DNA of 64,000 nt from a candidate division FCPU426 bacterium (GCA_963796105.1 CAWCKJ010000008.1:96001-160000), one strand, 5' to 3'. Shown: positions 1 through 9,224, counted from the first letter of the stretch. Numbers and translations are program-made. The notes: generated by a model from the letters alone, not told the origin.

Positions 1-529
1 CTTGAAAACCATGGACGAGAAAAAATACCGCCGGATCCTGGTATCCCGGCCCATCGTGCCTTTGGGCAAGGACATCGGCTTCCTGCCCGGTTCCAAGGAC
101 GAGAAGCTCACCAACTGGATGCAGCCCATTTTCGACAATTTGGAGTTCATCCTGGACAAGGGCCACCTCCAAAATGAGGCGGAGGACGTGGACGACAAGG
201 TCCAATACCTCCTGGATTCCCACAAGCTGGAACTGGAGGCCCTTACCTATATCCGGGGCCGGTCCATCCCCAAGCAGTTCATGATCGTGGACGAGGCCCA
301 GAACCTCACCCCCCATGAGATCAAGACCATCGTTTCCCGCGCTGGCGTGGGCACCAAGATCATCCTTACTGGCGACCCCTACCAGATCGACAATCCCTAC
401 TTGGATTCCTCCTCCAACGGCATCGTGTACCTGGCCGAGAGGTTCAAGGGGAACGAGATGTTCGGGCATGTCACCCTCTCCAAGAGCGAGCGCTCCCCGC
501 TGGCGGCGCTAGCGGCGAAAGTACTATAA
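1..529 (+). CDS. PhoH-family ATPase, C-terminal part (5' end outside window)
   Basis: Motifs IGFLPG..EK..WMQPIFDNL, YIRGRSI, IVDEAQN, GDPYQID..L, ERS are PhoH-family hallmarks; frame open from the window start. Confidence 0.92.
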   Translation, partial: LKTMDEKKYRRILVSRPIVPLGKDIGFLPGSKDEKLTNWMQPIFDNLEFILDKGHLQNEAEDVDDKVQYLLDSHKLELEALTYIRGRSIPKQFMIVDEAQNLTPHEIKTIVSRAGVGTKIILTGDPYQIDNPYLDSSSNGIVYLAERFKGNEMFGHVTLSKSERSPLAALAAKVL

Positions 530-534
530 AAGGC

Positions 535-570
535 AATTTTGAATTATGAATTTTGAATTATAAATTGATG
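535..570. repeat. Left arm of 36-bp inverted repeat made of tandem heptamers (GAATTWT)
   Basis: AATTTTGAATTATGAATTTTGAATTATAAATTGATG; its reverse complement matches 982-1017 at 33/36 positions. Confidence 0.9.
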
Positions 571-604
571 TAGATTTTCAAAATGCGAAAATCAGGACAT
601 TTTA

Positions 605-961
605 TTGGTGGCCCAAAAACAAAATATAATTCAAACCAAATCCTTCAATTTCGCGTTAAAGATTGTCAAACTTTGTAAAACACTTCAAAGGACCTCTGAG
701 TTTCTCGCGTCCAAGCAATTATTCAGGTCTGGAACAAGCATCGGGGCAAACATTGAAGAAGCATTAGCGGCCGCAAGTCGAAAAGATTTCGCCTCGAAGA
801 TGACGATTGCCTTGAAAGAAGCCCGGGAGACCCTATATTGGCTTCGATTGATCCAAGAATCTCAGTTGGTTGAGGGAAACTACTCGTCACAAATTAGTGA
901 CATAACAGAAATAATAAAAATCCTGACGTCTATTGTTAAAACGACGGTTGAAAAATCATGA
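605..961 (+). CDS. Four-helix-bundle protein (23S rRNA IVS-protein / TIGR02436-like family)
   Basis: KSFNFALKIVKL...QLFRSGTSIGANIEEA..A.SRKDF..KM.IALKEARETLYWL.L signature; AGGA upstream; start could be TTG605 or GTG608. Confidence 0.9.
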   Translation: MVAQKQNIIQTKSFNFALKIVKLCKTLQRTSEFLASKQLFRSGTSIGANIEEALAAASRKDFASKMTIALKEARETLYWLRLIQESQLVEGNYSSQISDITEIIKILTSIVKTTVEKS

Positions 962-2010
962 AAAAAAGCAAAGCTTTTTCACATCAATTCATAATTCATA
1001 ATTCAAAATTCAAAATTGATGGCGCTCCTTGTGTTGCCATCTCAATGGGTGATCCCGCGGGCGTTGGGCCTGAAGTAACCCTCAAGGCAGTAGCTAGGTT
1101 ATTTAAAAATTCCCGAAGTCGTTTTTGTCTAGTCGGGGATTACCGTTTCCTGGTCTCGTGCGCTAAAAGATTCAAAACCAGACTGCCGCTGTTACAACTA
1201 AGGGAAGAAGACCCATTGATAGTCCCCAAAGGCAAGGTGGGAGTTTTAGACTTGGGCGGGGCGGAAAAGGCCCAATGGGGAAAAATCTCCGCTTCCTCGG
1301 GGACGGCGGCGGTGCATTACATCCTCAAGGGCGCGAAACTGGCCCTGGAGGGTAAAGTTGCCGCCTTGGTGACAGCCCCCATCCACAAGGAAGCCATACA
1401 CAAGGCAGGCTGCGTGTTTCCGGGGCATACCGAACTTCTGGCCCATCTCTCAAACACCAAAAAATACGCCATGATGATGGCGGGGGGGCCTTTCCGAATT
1501 GTCCTGCAATCCATCCATGTTTCCCTTAGGGAAAGCCTGTTCGACGTGACTCGCTCCAAGGTTTGGGAGAAATTGGAGATAACCCAAAAGACCATGACCC
1601 AGTGGTTTGGCATCAAAAATCCCCGGATCGCGGTTGCGGCTTTGAATCCCCACGCGGGAGAGAATGGGGCCTTTGGCAATGAGGAAATTAAGGTTTTGAA
1701 ACCCGTGGTGGCGGCAGCCAGAAGGAAAGGTTGGAATGTCACGGGCCCCCATCCTCCCGATACGCTTTATTACTGGGCCTCCAAGGGAAAATACGACGCG
1801 GTGCTTTGCATGTACCACGACCAGGGACTGATCCCCTTCAAGCTGATGGCTTTCGACATCGGGGTCAACCTGACGCTGGGACTGCCCTTTATCCGGACCT
1901 CGCCGGACCACGGCACTGCTTTTGATATCGCCGGGAAGGGAATAGCGGACCCCTCCAGCATGGTTTCCGCCATCAGAATGGCCGAGACGCTGGCCTTGAA
2001 AACCCGATGA
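958..2010 (+). CDS. pdxA: 4-hydroxythreonine-4-phosphate dehydrogenase PdxA
   Basis: MGDPAGVGPE, VTAPIHK, GHTE, LNPHAGE, MYHDQGLIP, RTSPDHGTAFDIAG motifs; start uncertain. Confidence 0.95.
   Translation: MKKSKAFSHQFIIHNSKFKIDGAPCVAISMGDPAGVGPEVTLKAVARLFKNSRSRFCLVGDYRFLVSCAKRFKTRLPLLQLREEDPLIVPKGKVGVLDLGGAEKAQWGKISASSGTAAVHYILKGAKLALEGKVAALVTAPIHKEAIHKAGCVFPGHTELLAHLSNTKKYAMMMAGGPFRIVLQSIHVSLRESLFDVTRSKVWEKLEITQKTMTQWFGIKNPRIAVAALNPHAGENGAFGNEEIKVLKPVVAAARRKGWNVTGPHPPDTLYYWASKGKYDAVLCMYHDQGLIPFKLMAFDIGVNLTLGLPFIRTSPDHGTAFDIAGKGIADPSSMVSAIRMAETLALKTR
982..1017. repeat. Right arm of heptamer inverted repeat (inside the 5' end of the pdxA ORF)
   Basis: CATCAATTCATAATTCATAATTCAAAATTCAAAATT. Confidence 0.9.
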
Positions 2011-2846
2011 GCCGGATCACCCAGCTATTCAAGGAATATTCCTACCGCCCCAGAAAGTCAGCCGGCCAGAATTTCCTGACTGATCCCGGAATCCTGAAAC
2101 AAATCGACGAGGTCATCCAATGCCCGGAAGGGGATTTGCTGTTGGAAGTGGGGGGAGGGTACGGAACCCTGACCGCGAAACTGGCGGCGAAGGGAAGGCC
2201 TTTGACGGTCGTGGAGGTGGACCACAAGCTTTTCGCCATGCTGGAACAAAGGTTCAAGGACGTTCCCCAGTTGAGTTTGGTGAAGGCCGATATCCTCAAG
2301 CTGGATTTGGTTCCCTTGGCGCCCCTGCCACCTGCAAAAATCACGGTTGCTGGGAATATCCCCTACTATCTCACGACCTCCTTGATGACCAGGTTCCTGG
2401 CCCAATACCACGGCGTTATCCGGAAAATTTACCTGATGGTGCAGAAAGAAGTGGCCTCCAGGCTGGTCGCGGAGCCGGGAACCAAGGCCTATGGGGCCCT
2501 GACGATCTGCGCCCAGTACTATTCCATCCCCAAAATGCTATTAGATGTTCCGGCCCGGTGTTTTAAGCCCAGGCCGAAAGTGGACTCAGCTTTCATTGAG
2601 CTTGAGGTGAAAAACGACCTGCCACTGGATGAAGCGGGGGAGAAAAGACTCTTCGCCCTGACGCGGGCCATATTTCAAAGCCGACGAAAAATATTGTCAA
2701 ATTCTTTGAAATCCCTTGGGAAAACCCAGGAGCAATCCAGCAAGGCTATGGAAAAATTGGGATTGGACCCGCAAATGCGCGGTGAACGATTGGATTTGGG
2801 GAAGTTGATTGAGCTATCCAAAGCCCTGGAGGGCGCGGAATTGTAA
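2007..2846 (+). CDS. rsmA: 16S rRNA dimethyladenosine transferase RsmA/KsgA
   Basis: GQNFL, LEVGGGYG, GNIPYYLT, MVQKEVA, F.PRPKVDS; classic pdxA-rsmA coupling (ATGA overlap). Confidence 0.95.
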   Translation: MSRITQLFKEYSYRPRKSAGQNFLTDPGILKQIDEVIQCPEGDLLLEVGGGYGTLTAKLAAKGRPLTVVEVDHKLFAMLEQRFKDVPQLSLVKADILKLDLVPLAPLPPAKITVAGNIPYYLTTSLMTRFLAQYHGVIRKIYLMVQKEVASRLVAEPGTKAYGALTICAQYYSIPKMLLDVPARCFKPRPKVDSAFIELEVKNDLPLDEAGEKRLFALTRAIFQSRRKILSNSLKSLGKTQEQSSKAMEKLGLDPQMRGERLDLGKLIELSKALEGAEL

Positions 2847-2869
2847 CCCCTTGGGGCGCGTGTTAAGAT
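2841..2869 (+). promoter_or_regulatory. Putative sigma70 promoter for glmS
   Basis: TTGTAA-17bp-TAAGAT with a TGn extended -10. Confidence 0.45.
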
Positions 2870-3053
2870 GCGGTTCAATTGTTGGTTTTTAAGTTTTTAG
2901 AAGTCATTGTGCCGATTGTCTTTTAATATATTATTTGGAAATCGGTACTATACCGACCACTTTAAAAGATTTATGGATGGTCGGCATGCGACGAGTGGCC
3001 GCTGAATAGGCGGACAATAACGAAGAAGCAACCCCAGTGCCTGGAGTTTGACC

Positions 3054-4904
3054 ATGTGCGGAATTGTCGGTTATACAGGTCCCAAAGCCGCCGCGCCCCT
3101 TTTATTGGAGGGCTTGGCCAAGTTGGAATACCGAGGCTATGATTCCGCCGGCCTTGCCCTGATTACCCCCCATCAGAAAGTCAAAATCATCAAGAAGGCC
3201 GGAAAAATCGGCAACTTGATGAAGGCTGTGAAGGAAGCAAGCCTTCCCGCCGTCATCACGGCTGGGATCGGCCATACCCGCTGGGCCACCCACGGCCATC
3301 CCACGGACCAGAACGCCCATCCCCATATCGACTGCAAGGGTGAAATCGCGGTTGTTCATAACGGTATAGTGGAGAACTTCCAGGAACTCAAAACCAAACT
3401 GCAATCCAAGGGCCATGTTTTCAAATCCCAGACGGATTCGGAAGTCCTGGCCCACTTGATGGAGGAGGGGTTGAAAAGCAGAAAATGGAAGGACGCTGTC
3501 CGATGGGCTCTTTCCCAAATCAAGGGGACCTATTCGGTGGTGGCGGTTTATGAGGGAGAGCCGGAAACCCTGATCGGGGCCAGGTTCGGGGGTGGGGGGC
3601 TGGTGGTGGGATTGGGCCGTGATGAAAATTACCTCGCTTCTGATGTTCCCGCACTCTTGGCCCGCACCAGGAAGGTTTTTTACCTGGATGACAACGAAAT
3701 GGTGTCGATCACGAGGTCTGGAACTCAAGTCACCAGCGTATTGAACGGCAAACCCATTCAAAAAAAGACCTTGGAAATCGAGTGGATCGCCGAGCAGGCC
3801 GAAAAGGGCGGTTACCCCTATTTCATGCTGAAAGAGATCATGGAACAGCCCCGCGCCTTGTTGGATACCTTTACCGGCCGGTTAGATCCCGAGACGGGAC
3901 AGGTTTTCCTGGAAGGAAAGTTTTGGACTTCTCCTTTCATCAAAAAATTCAAGAAGATGACACTTTTGGCCATGGGGACATCCTATTACGCCGCCTTAGT
4001 TGGCAAGTTTATCCTGGAAAAGTACCTTGGGATTCCGGTGGAAGTGGACAGCGCCTCGGAATTTCGTTACCGGAACCCCGTGATCGGGAAGGACTGCCTG
4101 GCGGTGGTCATTACCCAAAGCGGGGAGACTGTGGACACGTTGGTAGCCTTAAGGGAGGCAAAGGCCAAGGGCGCCAAGGTGGCGGCTATCTGCAATGTGA
4201 TGGGAAGTTCAGCGACCCGGGAAGCGGATGGAGTTTTATTGACGAGGGCTGGCCCCGAGATAGGGGTTGCCTCTACCAAGGCTTTTACCTGCCAGTTGGC
4301 CGCCTTTGGGTTGCTGGCCCTATATTTGGCCGGGGTCCGTAAGTCGCTAAAACCCAAGGAGTTGAGGACCAAGGCAAAAGAACTCTCGCGTTTGCCCCTT
4401 TTGGCGTCCTCAATATTGAAACAAAGGAAAGCCATTGCGAAATTAGCGGCAAAGTATGCCCATTATTTTAATTTCCTCTATATCGGAAGGGGAAACCTCT
4501 ATCCGATAGCCCTGGAAGGCGCGTTAAAGTTGAAAGAAATTTCCTACATCCACGCGGAGGGTTACCCTGGGGGGGAGATGAAGCATGGCCCTATTGCCTT
4601 GATTGATGAAAAGATGCCTGTAGTAGCTCTTGCCTTAAAATCCCATGAAATCTACGAAAAGATCCTCAACAATATTGAGGAGGTCAAGGCTCGGTCGGGA
4701 AAATTGATCGCTTTGGTTGAAAAAGGGGACAAGATAGTGTCTCACAAGGCGGATGATGTGATTGAAATTCCTGTTGGAGCCGAGGATATTTCCCCTATTC
4801 TAGCGGTTATACCTCTTCAGCTTTTGGCTTATGAAATCGCCTTGAAAAAGGGTCGAGAAATCGACCAACCCAGGAACTTAGCTAAGAGTGTGACTGTAGA
4901 ATAG
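3054..4904 (+). CDS. glmS: Glutamine--fructose-6-phosphate aminotransferase
   Basis: MCGIVG start at 3054 after GGAG, LEYRGYDSAG, GHTRWATHG, C-terminal PRNLAKSVTVE. Confidence 0.98.
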   Translation: MCGIVGYTGPKAAAPLLLEGLAKLEYRGYDSAGLALITPHQKVKIIKKAGKIGNLMKAVKEASLPAVITAGIGHTRWATHGHPTDQNAHPHIDCKGEIAVVHNGIVENFQELKTKLQSKGHVFKSQTDSEVLAHLMEEGLKSRKWKDAVRWALSQIKGTYSVVAVYEGEPETLIGARFGGGGLVVGLGRDENYLASDVPALLARTRKVFYLDDNEMVSITRSGTQVTSVLNGKPIQKKTLEIEWIAEQAEKGGYPYFMLKEIMEQPRALLDTFTGRLDPETGQVFLEGKFWTSPFIKKFKKMTLLAMGTSYYAALVGKFILEKYLGIPVEVDSASEFRYRNPVIGKDCLAVVITQSGETVDTLVALREAKAKGAKVAAICNVMGSSATREADGVLLTRAGPEIGVASTKAFTCQLAAFGLLALYLAGVRKSLKPKELRTKAKELSRLPLLASSILKQRKAIAKLAAKYAHYFNFLYIGRGNLYPIALEGALKLKEISYIHAEGYPGGEMKHGPIALIDEKMPVVALALKSHEIYEKILNNIEEVKARSGKLIALVEKGDKIVSHKADDVIEIPVGAEDISPILAVIPLQLLAYEIALKKGREIDQPRNLAKSVTVE

Positions 4905-5130
4905 TAATAGGTAAACTAATCTAGTTAAAGATAGATAATCAGCCACGAAACTCCGAATCAAAAAATGCTATTTCCAAGTTCTAAGCAAAAATTCGAGCCT
5001 TTTTATTGGAATTAATTTAGATTTTTTCTTCAAAAACCCCATATTTTGAAAGCAAATAGCTATATAACCACAGCCTATGGTGGTATTGGTCTTTTTATAC
5101 CCTTTTTCATGCTTCTGTATTAAGTGACCC

Positions 5131-5158
5131 TTGAAATAAAGGAATACATAGGTATACT
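5131..5158 (+). promoter_or_regulatory. Putative IS1595 transposase promoter
   Basis: TTGAAA-16bp-TATACT; the same motif is conserved in the second IS1595 type (57374-57401). Confidence 0.55.
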
Positions 5159-5179
5159 GTCCGCTACGGGAGGTGGTAC

Positions 5180-5715
5180 ATGAGCTACCAGCGGATGAAA
5201 AGCATTAAAATTCTGAGGAAAATCCACACGGAAGAAGAAGCCCGCCAATGGGTGTGGAGATGCCGTTTCGGCGGGAAAGACTTTGTTTGTCCCCAATGTG
5301 AGGGCGAAAGCTTCTGGCAACACCAGGCCAAGCCTGAAGTGAGGGAATGTGACTATTGCCGGAAACGTCTTCGGCTTCGCGCCGGGACGATTTTTGAAAG
5401 CTCCAAGCTGCCTCTTTTAACCTGGGTCAGGGCCATCAGTTTGATGATGCAGGGCAAACGGGGTATTTCGGCCCTGGAACTGAAGCGGCATTTAAATCTT
5501 TCGGATCATTCGGCATGGCTTCTATTGCATAAGATCCGGGAAGGTCTTAGGCAAAAGGACGAAAGCTATACTCTAAAGGGCGTCATTGAGTTGGATGGGG
5601 CGGTTTTTGGGAAAAAGGCCAAGGAAAACCAAGTGGAAGTCTTGGTGGCGGTGGAAAGCAAGGAATGGGTGGATGAGAATGGTTGCAAGAAGGAAAAAGC
5701 GGGTTTTGCCAAGGT
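5180..5715 (+). pseudogene. IS1595 transposase, N-terminal fragment (Zn ribbon CPQC..CDYC, IELD)
   Basis: Identical to the N-terminus of 59392-60300 up to AGFAKV; broken by IS21. Confidence 0.93.
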
Positions 5716-5746
5716 TGTCATTGGCCGCGAGCTTTAACCCCCTAGC

Positions 5747-5820
5747 TGGCCAAGCACTTTGACCCCACCTCTGGCCAGTCACTTTGACCCCCTGTCTGGC
5801 CACCGACTTTGACCCCCTTG
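5747..5820 (+). repeat. IS21 subterminal repeats CTGGCC-N4-CTTTGACCCC x3 (likely transposase binding sites)
   Basis: Three ~25-bp direct repeats resembling the terminal IR. Confidence 0.8.
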
Positions 5821-5878
5821 CCAAGGGCCTCTCTAACCGTCATTCCTTTCTTTTTTCACTTCATGTGAGGAGAACGGC

Positions 5879-7435
5879 ATGACCCGACAAGGGAGGCAGA
5901 GCGACATGGCGACTATTCGTGAGATTTTGAGGACTTACCAGGCCTTGGGCGGGTTCAAACCCACTGCCCGGGCCCTGGGATGCAATAAGCACACGGTCAA
6001 GCAATACGTGCGTTGGGCGAAAGAACATGGCTTTCTCCAAGGGGAACTTCCCCTGGAAAAGGATTTGGCGAAGGCTTGGGAAGACGGCGAAAAATCCACG
6101 CCCGTTCCCGCTCATGCCTTGGAGGCCCTCAAGGGAATCATCCAAGAATGGTTGAAGGAAGATTTCACCTTGATTCGCATCCAGGAGATGCTTCAAGAGC
6201 GGCACGGGTGGAAGGGGAGTTACTCGACCCTGAAGAGGTATACGGAGCCTTTTCGCAATGAGAAACCCGCCTACGTGAGGCTGGAGGTTGCGCCCGGCGA
6301 GGAGGCCCAAGTGGATTTCGGGCTTTTGGGCCGCTTGTGGGACGAGACGCGTGGCAAGCAAGCCAAGGCCTGGGTTTTCGTGATGACCCTTTCCCATTCC
6401 CGGCATATGTACGCCGAGATTGTATTCGCACAGGACGTGAGAACCTGGATCGCCTGCCACCGCCGGGCTTTCGAGTTCTTCAATTCAGTCCCTAAAAAAA
6501 TCGTAATCGATAACCTGAAAAGCGCCATCGTCAAGGCGGCCCTCTATGATCCCTTGGCCAACCGTACCTACGTGGAATGCGCCAACCATTACGGCTTCAT
6601 CATCTCCCCTTGCCGCGTCGCCACTCCACGCCACAAGGGTAAAGTTGAACGCGGCGTGCCCTATGTCCGTAATTCCTTCTTCAAGGGTCGTTCCTTCCAG
6701 GGCCGCACCGATGCCAACCATCAACTCCGCGATTGGGTGATGAACAAGGCAGGTTTACGGGATCATGGCACCACCCGGCTTCAACCCTTGGCCGTCTTCC
6801 AGAGCGTGGAACAGAAGGCCCTTTTGCCCCTGCCTACCGCGGCTTACCATCCAACTTTCTTCAAAGAAGCCACTCTGCACCCCGATTGCCACGTAGTCGT
6901 GGAAGGTTCCTATTACTCGGCTCCCTACCGTCTTCGGGGCCAAAAACTACTGGCCCAATTAACCGACACCACCGTTGATATATTTCTCAAACACGAATGC
7001 GTGGCTTCCCACGCCAAGGCCACACGCAAGGGAACCTGGCGCACCAACCCGGGCCACTATCCCCCTGAAAAAGCGGTCTTCTTGGAACGAACCCCACAAT
7101 GGTGCCTCAAACAGGCCCAGGCCATTGGACCTAATACCCATCAATTAATCCAACTCCTGCTGGAACACTCCCACCCCCTGGACCATCTGCGCAAAGCCCA
7201 GGGCATTCTGCGCTTGAGGGAAAAGTACCTGCCTTCCCGTCTGGAGGCAGCCTGTCTAAGGGCCCTCCATTTCGGAAACTACACGTACCAATCCATCAAA
7301 AACATCCTTCAAAAGAACCTCGATCAAAACCCGTTGGACCCGCCGTCGGATCCTTCACTCAAACCCCAGTCGTCTTTCGATTTCGCCCGGCCCGCGGAGG
7401 ATTTCCTCCGTGCCTTGGCTCTGGATAAAAATTGA
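5879..7435 (+). CDS. istA: IS21 transposase IstA
   Basis: PGEEAQVDFG, F..TLSHSR, DNLKSAI, P.HKGKVER DDE motifs. Confidence 0.95.
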   Translation: MTRQGRQSDMATIREILRTYQALGGFKPTARALGCNKHTVKQYVRWAKEHGFLQGELPLEKDLAKAWEDGEKSTPVPAHALEALKGIIQEWLKEDFTLIRIQEMLQERHGWKGSYSTLKRYTEPFRNEKPAYVRLEVAPGEEAQVDFGLLGRLWDETRGKQAKAWVFVMTLSHSRHMYAEIVFAQDVRTWIACHRRAFEFFNSVPKKIVIDNLKSAIVKAALYDPLANRTYVECANHYGFIISPCRVATPRHKGKVERGVPYVRNSFFKGRSFQGRTDANHQLRDWVMNKAGLRDHGTTRLQPLAVFQSVEQKALLPLPTAAYHPTFFKEATLHPDCHVVVEGSYYSAPYRLRGQKLLAQLTDTTVDIFLKHECVASHAKATRKGTWRTNPGHYPPEKAVFLERTPQWCLKQAQAIGPNTHQLIQLLLEHSHPLDHLRKAQGILRLREKYLPSRLEAACLRALHFGNYTYQSIKNILQKNLDQNPLDPPSDPSLKPQSSFDFARPAEDFLRALALDKN

Positions 7436-7448
7436 GGAGGAAGCATAT

Positions 7449-8228
7449 ATGGAAAATAAACATCAGTTGGAGCCGCACCTGAGAAGGTTAAAACTCGCAG
7501 GTATGTTGGAGACGCTGGAAATCCGAAACCAGCAGGCCATTGAATCCCAGATCGGTTATATGGATTTCCTGGGCCAGTTGCTGTTGGATGAGCTGGAGCG
7601 CCGCCAAGTGGGCCAACTCCAAAGAAGGCTGAAAAAGGCGGGCTTCTCAACCCATATGACTCTAACGGGGTTCGATTTCGCCTTCAACCCGGCCATCAAC
7701 CGGCAACAAATCCTGGATTTGGGTACTTGTTCTTTCGTGGAGCGAAAAGAGAACCTATTTTTCATCGGTCCCTCAGGTGTGGGCAAAACCCATTTGGCCT
7801 GCGCTTTGGCCCATGAAGTCTGCCGCAAGGGTTATGAGGTACTCTTTATCAAGACCTCGCATGCGGCCCAACGATTAGCGGCCTCGCGCGGGGACGGTAC
7901 CTGGGAAAACCGATTCGCATCCTTCCTGAAACCCGACCTCTTGATCCTGGACGACTGGGGTCTCAAGCCCTTCGACACCAAGGTCGCCGAGGATTTTTAC
8001 GACATCATCTGTGAGCGTTATGAAAAGGGCTCCTTGATTTTTACCACCAACCGCAGTCTGCGGGAGTGGCCGGAGCTTTTCGGCGACGCCCTCCTAGCCT
8101 CGGCTGCCATGGACCGCCTGGTCCACCATGCCACTGCCGTCGTCATTCAGGGCCCTTCCTTTCGGACCCGTTCCATGCGCGAAGAAATGAAAAAAGAACA
8201 CAGCAGGGAAAAAGAGGCAAAACTATGA
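7449..8228 (+). CDS. istB: IS21 helper ATPase IstB
   Basis: GAGGAGG RBS; GPSGVGKT Walker A, LLILDDWG, DRLVHH, G.SFR. Confidence 0.95.
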   Translation: MENKHQLEPHLRRLKLAGMLETLEIRNQQAIESQIGYMDFLGQLLLDELERRQVGQLQRRLKKAGFSTHMTLTGFDFAFNPAINRQQILDLGTCSFVERKENLFFIGPSGVGKTHLACALAHEVCRKGYEVLFIKTSHAAQRLAASRGDGTWENRFASFLKPDLLILDDWGLKPFDTKVAEDFYDIICERYEKGSLIFTTNRSLREWPELFGDALLASAAMDRLVHHATAVVIQGPSFRTRSMREEMKKEHSREKEAKL

Positions 8229-8491
8229 GAAACCCATCGTTCGATGCTGTCTTATTCGTGCAATCTTGCGCCTATTGGTTACGGGATTTGCGCGGGACTT
8301 CGTATCATCCAATGTTGGGGAAGCAAAACGCATCTTGTGAAAGGAGTTTGATGGGTCTAAATTAATCTAAAAAAGAGGCCCCGCAAGGCAGGGGTCGAAG
8401 TCCCCGAAACAGGCACCCCTCGAAGTGCCCAAAAGAGGGGGGGCAAAGTAGGCGGCCAGGGGGGTTAAAGTGGCTGGCCAGTGACAAAGGT

Positions 8492-8864
8492 GAAGGTAGC
8501 TATGGAAACCAAGTGGGAGAGCCAGGAATTCGTGAATCAGACTATGGAAAAAGGCTCTTTCCTCAACACAGATGCTTCGCCAGCCTTGCGTGAACTCAAA
8601 GGAGTGGAGGCAGACTACCGGGTGATGGCCAATGACCCGAAAGAGTTGGAAAGTTGGTTGCCCTGGGTACACCGGTTCATTTCCAACGCCAAGGCCTGGA
8701 TCATTGGAACTCATCATGGCGTTGATGCTAAGTATTTAGGCCGGTATCTAAGTGAATATGCCTATCGGTTCAACCGTCGTCATGATCCCGATTCCTTATT
8801 TCACCGTGCTTTGACCGCATGTGCCTTAGCAAAACCCATTACAGCACGGTCACTTTGTGCATAA
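8492..8864 (+). pseudogene. IS1595 transposase, C-terminal fragment
   Basis: NTDAS, HRFISNAKAWI.GTHHGV, YL.EY.YRFNRR; continues the 5180-5715 fragment. Confidence 0.93.
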
Positions 8865-8881
8865 GCATACCCTTTTTCGTC

Positions 8882-8910
8882 TTGACATGGGTCACCTCAA
8901 TCCTTATATT
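8882..8910 (+). promoter_or_regulatory. Near-consensus sigma70 promoter
   Basis: TTGACA-17bp-TATATT. Confidence 0.7.
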
Positions 8911-8928
8911 CGGGCCAATTGTTTACAG

Positions 8929-9224
8929 TTCTCCGGGTTTACCAAGCCAAATATCGCTCGGAGAGGGTTAAAAACCATAGGTTTCGATGTCCGGGGCCTA
9001 TGATCTTCGACCCAAGCGGATTGTGACCACAACCGTTTGGCCGTCGAGGAATTTGTCGAGGGTGGCACTTTTTTGGGAAGTGAACCACGCTCGTATAGTT
9101 CTTCTGCAGTGCGGGAGCGGTTGTAACGCTTCCATGAAGTTCGCAGGTCGGGTGTGGCACTCTTCCCTGAGGAGTGCAGGCCCAAAAGAGGGAAGGCTGG
9201 AGTCCCCCCGGGGATGACGGCCTT
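8929..9224 (+). ncRNA. Candidate highly structured leader RNA (seven consecutive hairpins), family unrecognised
   Basis: Back-to-back stems with many G-U pairs between the promoter and the RBS of 9249; no known riboswitch motif recognised. Confidence 0.55.

Larger units (their letters stand above)
5716..8486 (+). mobile_element. IS21-family element (2771 bp)
   Basis: TGTCA...TGACA termini with imperfect IR; 5-bp target duplication AAGGT (5711-5715, 8487-8491); istA-istB inside. Confidence 0.96.
5108..8869 (+). mobile_element. IS1595-family element (type a), interrupted by IS21
   Basis: Ends CATGCTTCTG / CATAAGCATA; 8-bp target duplication CCCTTTTT (5100-5107, 8870-8877); matches the intact 986-bp copy at 59387-60372 once the 2776-bp insert is removed. 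Confidence 0.95.

Noticed and set aside
605..961. Avd of a diversity-generating retroelement, or an rRNA intervening sequence
   Set aside because: No reverse transcriptase, TR/VR pair or rRNA gene in the window; flanks are protein-coding genes
2870..3053. Canonical glmS ribozyme
   Set aside because: The AGCGCC cleavage-site motif is missing 5' of the first stem and the core order does not match; kept only as a candidate leader
4870..5110. Tn7 insertion at attTn7 downstream of glmS
   Set aside because: No Tn7 ends or tns genes; the element ~200 bp downstream is IS1595 with an 8-bp duplication
5747..5820. ~25-bp direct repeats as a mini-CRISPR
   Set aside because: No spacers; they resemble the IS21 terminal IR and are standard subterminal binding sites
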